Of a stretch of DNA of 64,000 bases, positions 53,644 to 64,000 are shown piece after piece. The stretch is from contig JAWLBL010000008.1 in assembly GCA_041687695.1 (NCBI GenBank), forward strand, positions 96,001-160,000, given 5' to 3'. Within the stretch, counting starts at the first letter, position 1. Each line of letters opens with the position of its first letter. The notes under the pieces were generated by a model. It did no database searches and had not been told where the DNA came from. It saw only the letters and a list, made by a program, of their open reading frames with translations. A program made the translations under genes and the position numbers. Source of the stretch: Myxococcota bacterium. GTDB taxonomy: Bacteria > Myxococcota_A > UBA9042 > PHBI01 > JAWLBL01.

Positions 53644-56600
53644 GCCGCGTCGTCCTCCTCACCTGGCTCGCCATGCTGCTCGGCCTGCAGGCCGGCTGCC
53701 CGGCGCGTGACGCCCGGCGGAGCCTCGACGCCCGCCTGTCCGATTGGCGCCAGGCCGCCGAACGTGGCGACGCCCTGGCCCGGCTGCAGCTCGTCGAGGC
53801 CCTCGCCACCCGCGGCGGCCCCGGCGGCCTCGCCGAGGCCCGCGCCCACGCCGAGGCCCTGGCCCGCGCGGGCGATCCGGTCGGCCGCGCCTGGGTGGCC
53901 GCGCTCGCCGAGGCCGCCGGCGAGCCCGACGCCGCCGCGGCGGCCCTGCTGGCCCTGCTCGCCGACCCGCGCGCCCCCGAGGCGCTCCGCCGCTGGGCCG
54001 CCGTCCGCGCCCTGGCGCAGCTCGACCAGATCGCCCTGGACGCCGCGAGCCTCGACGCCGTGCAGGCCGCCGTCGCCGACCCCGCCGCCCCGCCCGAGGC
54101 CGCCGAGCTGCTCGAGGCCATGGCCCTGCGCCTGCCAGCGCTGCCCACCGCCGCCGACGCCCTCGCCCAGGCCCGCGCCGCCCTGGGCGCCGTCCGCCAG
54201 TACTGGCCCACCGGCCGCCTCGCCCCGCGCCCCGCGACCGGCCTCGCCTCGGTGCCGCCCCGCCTCACCGCCCCCGAAGCCGCCGAGGCCCCCGCCGACT
54301 TCGCCTTCGGCGCGCCCGTGGCCACCCCCGACGGCACCGTCGCCTTCCCCGAGGACGGCCCCGGCGTCTACGCGGCCGCGCTGACGCTCCCCGACGGCGC
54401 CGGCCCCTTCACGTTAGAGGTCTGGGGAGCCGCCTCCTTCCGCCTGATCGAGGGCGGCCGGACCCTCGCCCGCGTCGACCGGCTCGGCGCCCTCGCCCCC
54501 GAGCGCGTCACGGCCACGGTGCCGGCCGATGCCGATCCGCGCCCCGGCCTGCCGCGCCGCGTCGAGCTGCACGTCGCCGACCGCGACGCCGCGCCCTCGG
54601 TGCGCGTCCTCGTCCGCCCGGCCCGTCCGGCCGCGCCCCGCGTCACCCTGCCGCCCGTCCTGGCGCGCCTGGTCGCCCTGGACCTCGCCCTGCACGCCGG
54701 CGATGTCACCGCCGCCGATCGCGCCGGCCACGCCCTCGCCGCCCTGGGCGACCCGGTCGTCGCCGCCCCCTCCCTGGCCCGCGCCGCCCTGGCCGACGCC
54801 ACGCGCCCACGCACGGCGGCCGCCGCCCAGGCGCGCCAGCACCTCGAGGCCGCGCTGTCCCGCAGCCCCGAGCACGCCCAGGCCCGCGCCGCCCTGGTCC
54901 ACCTGCTGCGCGACGGCTCCGAGCTGGCCCAGGCGCAAGGCGTCGCCGACGCCGGCCCGCTCGCCGCCCACGCCGACGCGGTCGCCTTCGCCCTGGCCCT
55001 CGACGGCGGTGAGCAGCGCCGCGCGGCCGCCCTGGCCGACGCCCGCGCCGCGCGCCTGCCCTCCTCGTGCGCGGCCTGGGAGGCCGTGCTCGACGCCCGC
55101 TGGGAGGCCCTCAAGGTCCGCGCCGACGTCCTCGACCGGCCGCTGCCCGCCTGCCCCGACCTGGCGCTGCGCGTCGGCGCCCTGCAGCACGAGGCCTTTC
55201 GCCTGCCCGCCGCCCGCGCCGTCCTGTCGGCGCTGCTGGCCGCCTCGCCGCCCGGCCGCCCCGAGGCCCGCGCGCGTGTGGCCCTGGCCCGCGTGGCCCT
55301 GGCCGCCGGCGATCTGGACCAGGCGCGCGATCTGGCCCGCCAGGGGCTCGCCCGCGGGGTGCACCGCGAGGCGATGATCGATCTCCTGCTCCGGGTCGCG
55401 CTGCTCGAGGGCGACCGCGCCGCCGCCGCCGCCGCCCGCCGCGATCTGGGCCACGTCCCGGCCCTGTCGGTGGCCGGGCGCCGCCGGGCGCTCGACGCGT
55501 CGCGCGATCTGGGCCTGCCGCTGGCCGACGGGCACGCCCTCGCGCTGGCCGCCCTCGACGAGACCGGCGTCGACGACGACGCCTCGGTCCGCCACCTGCT
55601 CGAAGAGCGCCACACCACCGTGCTGCCCGGCGGCGCCCTGGTCCACCGCGTCCATCGCGTCGTCCACCTGCTCGACGACGCCGCCGTCGAGGAGCTGGGC
55701 GAGATCCCGCTGCCGGAGGACGCCGAGATCCTGATCGCGCGCACCTGGAAGCCGACCGCCGACGGCCGCCTGCAGCCCATCGAGCCCGAGGACTTCCTCG
55801 AGAAGACCACCATCAGCCTGCCGGCCCTCGAGGCGGGCGCCGTCGCCGAGGTCGCCTGGTTCTGGCTCGAGCCGCCGTCCCCGCGTCTGCAGCCGCACTG
55901 GTCGCTCGCCCCGTTCCTCTTCGACAGCGACCGCGGCCACGTCGCCACGGCGCGCTTCCTCCTGCGCGCGGCCCCCGACGCTTCCCTGCGCATCGAGACG
56001 CTGGGCGACGTCCCGCCCCCCGCCCGCCCCGAGCCCGGCCTGCGCGTCTGGACCGTCCAGGGGCGCCCGCGCGTCCTGCCCGAGCCGCTCGACGTCCGCC
56101 CCGACCGCCGCCGCGCCTCGGTCCGCGTCTCGAGCGACCTCGATCTCGCCGAGCTGCGCGCCGCCCTGGCCGAGGCCCTCGCGCCGCGGCTGCGCCCCAG
56201 CCCCGCCCTCGACGCCCTGGCCCGGCGCGCCCTCGGCGACGCCCCGCCGGCCGACCCGCGCGCGCGCCTGTCCGCCCTGTACGATGCCGTCCTCGACCAC
56301 GTCACCGAAGGGCAGGGCGACCCCTGGCTCGGCTCGGCCGCGCTGACCGCCGCCAGCCGCAGCGGCGACCGCGTGGGCCTCATGGTCGCGCTGTGTCGCG
56401 CCGCCGGGCTGGACTGCCAGGTGGCGCTGGCCCGCCCCTGGACCCGCGGCGACCCGGCCCCCTGGGACGGCCCGGCGCCGCTCGATCTCGCCGACTTCGA
56501 GTACCCGCTGGTCCGCGCCGACCTCGGCGACGACGGCATCCTCTGGCTCGACCCCGCCAGCCGCCTGGTCCCCTTCGGCTTCCTCTCGCCCCTGCTCGAG

Positions 56601-57335
56601 GGCGCGCCGGCCCTGGTCGTCGGGCCCTGCCCGGCGCCGCTGGTCGCCACCCTGCCGCGCGATCCGGCGGGCGAGGGCGAGCGCCGCGTCGACGCCCACG
56701 TCGAGATCCGGCCCGACGGCGCGTTCGTCGCGACCGGGCAAGAGGTCCTGACCGGCTACTACGCCCTGGGCTGGCGGCACGTGCTGGTCGACATGGCGCC
56801 CGACGCCCGCGATCGCGTCCTGGCCGGCGTCGTGCAGCAGAGCCTGCCGGGGGTCTCCGTCGACGAGGTGACGCTCGGCGGGCTCGACGCCCGCGGGGGC
56901 CCGCTGCGCCTGTCGTGGCGCGCCACGGGCCAGCTGCCCACCCCGCAGCGCGACGCCACCGCCCTGACCCTGGGCCTGAGCCCCGAGCGCATCGGCCGCG
57001 CCACGGTGGTCGTGCCGCAGCGTCGCTCGCCGCTGTGGATCGCGCGCACCGGGCGCCTGCGCTTTTCCGTGCAGATCACCCTGCCCGAGGGCGCCGCCTT
57101 CCCGCGCGCGCCGGCCCCCGCCCGGGTCGATCACCCCTTGATGCAGCTCACCCGCGAGGTCGCGCTCGAGGAGGGCGGCCGCGTGCTGCGGCTCGACAAG
57201 CGCTTCTCCCTGGGGGTAGGGCGCGTCGCCCCGGACGACTACCCGGCGTGGGCCGAGGCCGCCGGTGCGGTCGACCGCGCCGACGTCCTCCACCTCGAGA
57301 TCCGCTGGCCACGGGCCGCCAAGGGGACCCCATGA
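53640..57335 (+). CDS. Large lipoprotein with TPR + DUF3857 + inactive transglutaminase-like domain
   Basis: GTGA coupling; lipobox LQAGC; SRSGDRVGL (no Cys), FEYPLV (no His), WLDP. Confidence 0.78.
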   Translation: MSRVVLLTWLAMLLGLQAGCPARDARRSLDARLSDWRQAAERGDALARLQLVEALATRGGPGGLAEARAHAEALARAGDPVGRAWVAALAEAAGEPDAAAAALLALLADPRAPEALRRWAAVRALAQLDQIALDAASLDAVQAAVADPAAPPEAAELLEAMALRLPALPTAADALAQARAALGAVRQYWPTGRLAPRPATGLASVPPRLTAPEAAEAPADFAFGAPVATPDGTVAFPEDGPGVYAAALTLPDGAGPFTLEVWGAASFRLIEGGRTLARVDRLGALAPERVTATVPADADPRPGLPRRVELHVADRDAAPSVRVLVRPARPAAPRVTLPPVLARLVALDLALHAGDVTAADRAGHALAALGDPVVAAPSLARAALADATRPRTAAAAQARQHLEAALSRSPEHAQARAALVHLLRDGSELAQAQGVADAGPLAAHADAVAFALALDGGEQRRAAALADARAARLPSSCAAWEAVLDARWEALKVRADVLDRPLPACPDLALRVGALQHEAFRLPAARAVLSALLAASPPGRPEARARVALARVALAAGDLDQARDLARQGLARGVHREAMIDLLLRVALLEGDRAAAAAARRDLGHVPALSVAGRRRALDASRDLGLPLADGHALALAALDETGVDDDASVRHLLEERHTTVLPGGALVHRVHRVVHLLDDAAVEELGEIPLPEDAEILIARTWKPTADGRLQPIEPEDFLEKTTISLPALEAGAVAEVAWFWLEPPSPRLQPHWSLAPFLFDSDRGHVATARFLLRAAPDASLRIETLGDVPPPARPEPGLRVWTVQGRPRVLPEPLDVRPDRRRASVRVSSDLDLAELRAALAEALAPRLRPSPALDALARRALGDAPPADPRARLSALYDAVLDHVTEGQGDPWLGSAALTAASRSGDRVGLMVALCRAAGLDCQVALARPWTRGDPAPWDGPAPLDLADFEYPLVRADLGDDGILWLDPASRLVPFGFLSPLLEGAPALVVGPCPAPLVATLPRDPAGEGERRVDAHVEIRPDGAFVATGQEVLTGYYALGWRHVLVDMAPDARDRVLAGVVQQSLPGVSVDEVTLGGLDARGGPLRLSWRATGQLPTPQRDATALTLGLSPERIGRATVVVPQRRSPLWIARTGRLRFSVQITLPEGAAFPRAPAPARVDHPLMQLTREVALEEGGRVLRLDKRFSLGVGRVAPDDYPAWAEAAGAVDRADVLHLEIRWPRAAKGTP

Positions 57336-57760
57336 ACCCGGCCATCCGCAACGGCGCGCCGCTCAGACGCCTGGCCTTCGCGGCGACCCTCCTCGCCGCC
57401 TGCTCGGCCCCGACCCGCGCCCCCGAGCCCGACCCCGCCGACGCCGTGGCGGCCTACCACCGCGCCCTGGTCGAGGGCCGCCCCGGCGAAGCCTTCGGGC
57501 TCCTGCACCCCGACGCGCGCGAGGGCCTCGACCGCGCCGGCTTCGAGGCGCTGTACGCCCGCCAGCGCGACGCCCTGCTCGCCCAGGCCGAGCGCCTGCT
57601 GACCCTGGCCCGCGCCAGCCGGCCCGAGCAGCGCGCCCGGGTGGTCGTCGGCGACACCGAGGCCGAGCTGGTCCTGACCGACGAGGGCTGGCGGCTGACC
57701 GCGCCCGTGGGCGCCCGCCCGCCGCCGGACGCGCCCGCCGAGCCGCCGCCGCCTCAGTAG
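57332..57760 (+). CDS. Small lipoprotein (NTF2-like/hypothetical)
   Basis: ATGA coupling; lipobox LAAC; AVAAYHRAL...AFGLL...EGWRL. Confidence 0.7.
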   Translation: MNPAIRNGAPLRRLAFAATLLAACSAPTRAPEPDPADAVAAYHRALVEGRPGEAFGLLHPDAREGLDRAGFEALYARQRDALLAQAERLLTLARASRPEQRARVVVGDTEAELVLTDEGWRLTAPVGARPPPDAPAEPPPPQ

Positions 57761-59412
57761 ACCGACTCGACCCGGGTGCCCTGGTAGTAGTGCTCCAGGA
57801 TCGCTTCGGCCGACTGGCCCTTCTCGGCCCGGCCGATGGCGCCGTACTGGCACAGGCCGACCCCGTGGCCCCACCCGCCGCCGGTGATGCGCCACAGCCC
57901 TTCGAGCCGGTCGACCACGAACATCCCGCTCTGCAGGTTGCCCAGCAGCCGCCGCACCGCCAGCTCGCCCCGCACCACGGCCTCGCCCTTGGCCCCGACG
58001 AACCGGACGCGCTGAAGGCGCCCGCTGACCCCGCGCTCGAGCACCTCGAAGCGCGTGACGTGGCCGATGGGATGCTGCGCGTTGACCATCCGGTCCAGCT
58101 CGACGTCGGGCAGCTCGCGCTGCCAGCGGAAGACCTTGTTGCCCAGCGAGGTCGTCGCGCAGTGGGCGCTCGAGGGCGCGACCAGCCACGCGCGCAGCTG
58201 CTCCTCGGTCGGCGCCGCCCCGCGCGCCCAGGGCAGCTCGCCCTCGCCGCCGTCGGCCACGCCGCGCAGGGTCGGGTGGGCCACGCCCTCCCAGACCACC
58301 TCGTTGTGCTCGGTGTGGCCGCCGCACGAGGCGCTGTAGACGCTGTCGACCAGGTGCCCGCGCCCGTCGAACAGCATCTTGCCGCGCGTGCGCTGGACGG
58401 CCTCGGTGGTCGTCGCCTTCTCCTTGGCGGTGCCGCTGTAGACCTGGCAGTGCTGCGTCGCGCACACCAGGAACGGGTCGGCCAGGTGCCTCACCCCGAG
58501 CTTCGCCAGCAGCTCGCCGCGGGCCGTGATCGCCTGGGCCTCCAGCGCGGCCGCGGGCGCGGTCGGGAAGATCTCGGACGGCACGATCCCGGCCAGCAGC
58601 GTCTCGGCCGACACGCGGTTGACCACCGCCAGGCGCGCGGTCGGGTCGACCGCCAGCACGATCTCGCCGTGGAAGCGCCGATCCTGGAACCCATGGTGGG
58701 CGTAGCCGCGGCCGTACTCGACCCGCTCGACCTCGACGGGCTCGCCGCCCAGCCCGCTCAGGGTCACCAGATCGTCCTGGGCGAGCCGCAGGCCCGAGCC
58801 CTCCTCGGTCACCAGCACCCGCCCGCGCGCCCGCGTCACGGGATCGGCGTAGACGCTCGGCGCCTCGGGCAGCTCCCACTGCCTGGCCAGCTCGGCCGCG
58901 CGGGCCTCGGCGCGCGCCTGGGTGTCGTGGAAGCCCTTCTCGACGATGAGCGCCCGGCGGTTGTCCAGCACGCGCCCCGGCAGCCCGACGATGCCGCCCA
59001 GCGAGACCTCCTCGAGCGTCACGCCGCGGTCGCCCCAGCGCTGCCGCGCCTCCTTGACGGCTTCGAGGTCGCCGCCGCGCAGCCGCTCGAGCACCACGCG
59101 GTAGCGCACCTTGCCCGGCGTCCCCTGCTCGACCCGCGCCGTCAGGGTGCGCCCCGCGGGCAGCTCGACCACGGTCCGCGCCGGCCCCGACAGGGTGACG
59201 CGCAGCCCGCGGCCCGTCTTGACGCGCACGATCTGCTGGCCGTCCATGACGCCGATGGTGACCATCGGGACGCCGTCGCCGCCGAAGCTGAGCTGCGTCG
59301 AGTACATCAGGGCCGCCGCGTCGTGCGGCGCCTGGGCCTGGGCCCGGGCGGGCGCGGCGGTCAGCAGCGCCGCCGCCACGAGCGCGAGCGACATGAGGGC
59401 GGGGCTCGGCAT
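57754..59412 (-). CDS. SpoIID/LytB domain protein (lytic transglycosylase-like)
   Basis: GIVPSEI, ALEAQAITAR, CATQHCQVY, YSASCGGHTE, GGGWGHGVGLCQYGA, ILEHYY. Confidence 0.92.
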   Translation of the reverse strand: MPSPALMSLALVAAALLTAAPARAQAQAPHDAAALMYSTQLSFGGDGVPMVTIGVMDGQQIVRVKTGRGLRVTLSGPARTVVELPAGRTLTARVEQGTPGKVRYRVVLERLRGGDLEAVKEARQRWGDRGVTLEEVSLGGIVGLPGRVLDNRRALIVEKGFHDTQARAEARAAELARQWELPEAPSVYADPVTRARGRVLVTEEGSGLRLAQDDLVTLSGLGGEPVEVERVEYGRGYAHHGFQDRRFHGEIVLAVDPTARLAVVNRVSAETLLAGIVPSEIFPTAPAAALEAQAITARGELLAKLGVRHLADPFLVCATQHCQVYSGTAKEKATTTEAVQRTRGKMLFDGRGHLVDSVYSASCGGHTEHNEVVWEGVAHPTLRGVADGGEGELPWARGAAPTEEQLRAWLVAPSSAHCATTSLGNKVFRWQRELPDVELDRMVNAQHPIGHVTRFEVLERGVSGRLQRVRFVGAKGEAVVRGELAVRRLLGNLQSGMFVVDRLEGLWRITGGGWGHGVGLCQYGAIGRAEKGQSAEAILEHYYQGTRVESVY

Positions 59413-59565
59413 GGCCGAGTCCTATCCGCGGCGCCCCCGGGGCGCAAGAATTCCGTCGAGTCGCGCACTTGGGCCGGGGTCAGGAGTTGCAGCGCCGGTC
59501 CGATGAAGTATAGTCGCCGGGCCGTGAGCGATAGCGCCGCGGGCCAAGCCAGGGGCACGGATTCG

Positions 59566-60912
59566 ATGAACGCAGCGGAAGCCAGCGCGAAAGGCTCGAG
59601 CCACCAGCGGTACCAGATCATCAAGAAGATCGACGCTGGCGGCATGGCCGAGATCTACCTCGGCAAGGCGCAGAGCATCGAGGGGATGCAAAAGCAGGTC
59701 GCCATCAAGCGCGTCCTGCCGAACCTGTCGAAGAAGGAGAACTTCATCGACATGTTCCTCGACGAGGCGCGTCTGTCGATGCTCCTCACGCACGCCAACA
59801 TCGTGCAGACCTTCGATGTCGGCAAGAGCGGCAACACGTACTTCATCGTCATGGAGTACATCGACGGCTGCAACATGCGTCGCATGTTCCAGCGCGCCTC
59901 CGAGATCGGGTACCGGTTCCCGCTCGAGATCGCCTGCTTCATGATGATGGAGGTCTGCAAGGGCCTCGCCCACGCCCACGAGAAGGTCGACGACGCGGGC
60001 AAGCACCTGCACATCGTCCACCGCGATCTGTCGCCGCCGAACATCCTGGTCAGCAAGGCCGGCGAGGTGAAGATCACCGACTTCGGGCTGGCCAAGGCCA
60101 TGACCCAGGTCACGGTGACCGACCCCGGCATGGTCAAGGGCAAGTTCAGCTACCTCGCGCCCGAGGCGGCCGAGGGGCAGAACGTCGACCACCGCGCCGA
60201 CATCTTCGCCGCCGGCATCGTCCTGTGGGAGATCCTCGCCAACCGTCGCCTCTTCCTCGGCAAGACCGACATGGAGACGGTCGAGCTGGTCAAGAAGGCC
60301 GAGGTCCCCTCGCTGTCGAAGTTCAACGCGCAGGTCACGCCCGAGTTCGAGGCCATCCTGGCCCGGGCGCTCGCGCGGGACCCCAAGAAGCGCTACACCT
60401 CGGCCCGCGAGTTCGGCGAGGCGCTCGCCAACTACCTCTTCGCCCACAACCTCAAGGTCACGGGCTACGACCTCGCCGGCGTCTACCAGCGCCTGTTCGA
60501 CCCCAAGGCGACCGAGAACCTGGACTCGCCCGAGGAGCGCATCGCCGCCCTCATCCAGGAAGAAATCCTGAACCTGTCGATGCTGGGCCTGACGCCGGTC
60601 GGCGCCAACGGCTCGGACGCCTCGGCCCCCATCGACGTCTCCAAGCTCAGCGTCGGCGGCAAGGCGCGCTTCGACTTCTCGGGCTTCTGGCAGAACAAGG
60701 GCGTCCCGCAGTCGCTCGGCCTCGACGGCAAGCGGGCCAGCCAGAGCATGGAGGCCGCCGGCGCGGATCTCGCGGCCGTGCTCGAGGGCGACAGCAGCGT
60801 GGGCGCGGGCGGCGCCAAGGGCGGCGGCAAGACCGGCCTCATCGTCGGCGTGGCCATCGTCGTGCTCGCGGCGGCCGCGGCGGCGGTCTACTTCCTGGTC
60901 CTCAACAAGTAG
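59566..60912 (+). CDS. Serine/threonine protein kinase with C-terminal TM
   Basis: AGGMAEIY, VAIKR, FLDEA, HRDLSPPN, ITDFGLAK, KGKFSYLAPE. Confidence 0.95.
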   Translation: MNAAEASAKGSSHQRYQIIKKIDAGGMAEIYLGKAQSIEGMQKQVAIKRVLPNLSKKENFIDMFLDEARLSMLLTHANIVQTFDVGKSGNTYFIVMEYIDGCNMRRMFQRASEIGYRFPLEIACFMMMEVCKGLAHAHEKVDDAGKHLHIVHRDLSPPNILVSKAGEVKITDFGLAKAMTQVTVTDPGMVKGKFSYLAPEAAEGQNVDHRADIFAAGIVLWEILANRRLFLGKTDMETVELVKKAEVPSLSKFNAQVTPEFEAILARALARDPKKRYTSAREFGEALANYLFAHNLKVTGYDLAGVYQRLFDPKATENLDSPEERIAALIQEEILNLSMLGLTPVGANGSDASAPIDVSKLSVGGKARFDFSGFWQNKGVPQSLGLDGKRASQSMEAAGADLAAVLEGDSSVGAGGAKGGGKTGLIVGVAIVVLAAAAAAVYFLVLNK

Positions 60913-60960
60913 CCAGACCCTGGGCCGCTGGACCACCAGCGAGCCCCGGGGCGCCGGACC

Positions 60961-61629
60961 TCAGAAGTAGTAGACGACCCCGAGGGTGCCGGTCACCGAG
61001 CCGGCGCCCAGGGTGATGCCCCAGGTGTCGTCCGGCGTCAGGCGGCTCAGGCCCTCGCCCTCGAGGATGGGCCCCTCGGCGGGGACCAGCGAGAAGAGCA
61101 GGCCGGTCGAGGCGCTGACGCTGAAGCTGTCGGACAGGAAGAACTCGACGGTCAGCGGCACCTCGATGGCGAACTCGGTGCCGCCGTCGAGCGCCTCGAG
61201 CGCGTCGGGGTCCGTCTCGCCGGCGCGGATGGCCGCCTGGCGCTGCGCCTGGGCCGTGCGGAAGCCGAGGGCGCCGCGCAGGCCGATGCCCAGGTTGGCG
61301 TGCAGCGAGCGGGCGAAGTTGTAGACGAAGCCGATGGACAGGTCGACGGCGGTGGCGAGGCCCGTCTCGGTGGTGCGCGTGACCTCGTCGTCGTCGCCCG
61401 TGCGCTCGGCGATGTACTCGAAGGTGCTGAAGTTGCCGCCGAAGGTGACCAGGAAGCCGAAGGCCTGGCCCGGCCAGTAGCGCAGCGCGGCCCCGGAGAC
61501 GCCGCCGATGGACTGCTCGACGCCGATGCCGAGCTTGCCGCCGAGGTCCTTGGCCCCGGCGGGACCGGCGGGCAGGGCGACGAGGGCCGCCGCGAGCGCG
61601 GCCGACAGGGCGACACGGGGGGCGGGCAC
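60961..61629 (-). CDS. Outer-membrane beta-barrel protein
   Basis: Signal peptide ...PAGA/KDLGGKLGIG; amphipathic strands; C-terminal GVVYYF beta-signal. Confidence 0.72.
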   Translation of the reverse strand: MPAPRVALSAALAAALVALPAGPAGAKDLGGKLGIGVEQSIGGVSGAALRYWPGQAFGFLVTFGGNFSTFEYIAERTGDDDEVTRTTETGLATAVDLSIGFVYNFARSLHANLGIGLRGALGFRTAQAQRQAAIRAGETDPDALEALDGGTEFAIEVPLTVEFFLSDSFSVSASTGLLFSLVPAEGPILEGEGLSRLTPDDTWGITLGAGSVTGTLGVVYYF

Positions 61630-61833
61630 GGGCAAGGGGCGGCTCCGGGCAGCGTGGGAGGGGCCAGGGTCGCTCGCAGCCTGCCTCTCGGCCCCACGGG
61701 CGTCAACCCGATGGATGGGCCGATGGCGGACCGGAGGGCGCTTCGGACGAGGGGCCGACGATGGGCCGCCAGCGGCGTACCAGCGAGCCGTCGGCGCTGC
61801 TATACTGCGCCGACTCGCGCCAAGGAGCTGGGG

Positions 61834-64000
<2,167 letters not shown>

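Overview
Very GC-rich bacterial DNA, probably Myxococcota or a related deltaproteobacterium. This is inferred from MYXO-CTERM-like tails, Cys-rich lipoproteins, Ser/Thr kinases and DUF1844. The window is gene-dense, with about 50 credible CDSs. Most long ORFs in the supplied track are antisense or off-frame shadows, and two real genes at the edges (<1-1620 minus; 61834->64000 plus) are missing from it. Recognisable content: an Rrf2 regulator, an htrA-clpB cluster, cutA plus a complete moxR/DUF58/batABCDE-type operon, a nadE-OMP-GT2-asnB-ROK-CBS-PSRP run, three tandem paralogous lipoproteins, recN, two matrixin metalloproteases, rph, a KtrAB/Trk K+ uptake locus, a pseudokinase, a pair of giant DUF3857/transglutaminase proteins, SpoIID and an active Ser/Thr kinase. 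I found no tRNA, rRNA, cas gene, integrase or transposase. The most interesting non-annotated signals are: (1) an orphan helical-protein gene between ktrB and ktrA, followed by a 43-bp-period array of palindromic units with conserved junctions and variable cores; (2) a dispersed double-hairpin REP-like family (7 full copies in 3 clusters) whose stems covary; (3) an AT-richer 430-bp gap between convergent genes containing DnaA-box-like motifs. All functional calls come from motif recognition by eye; no searches were run.
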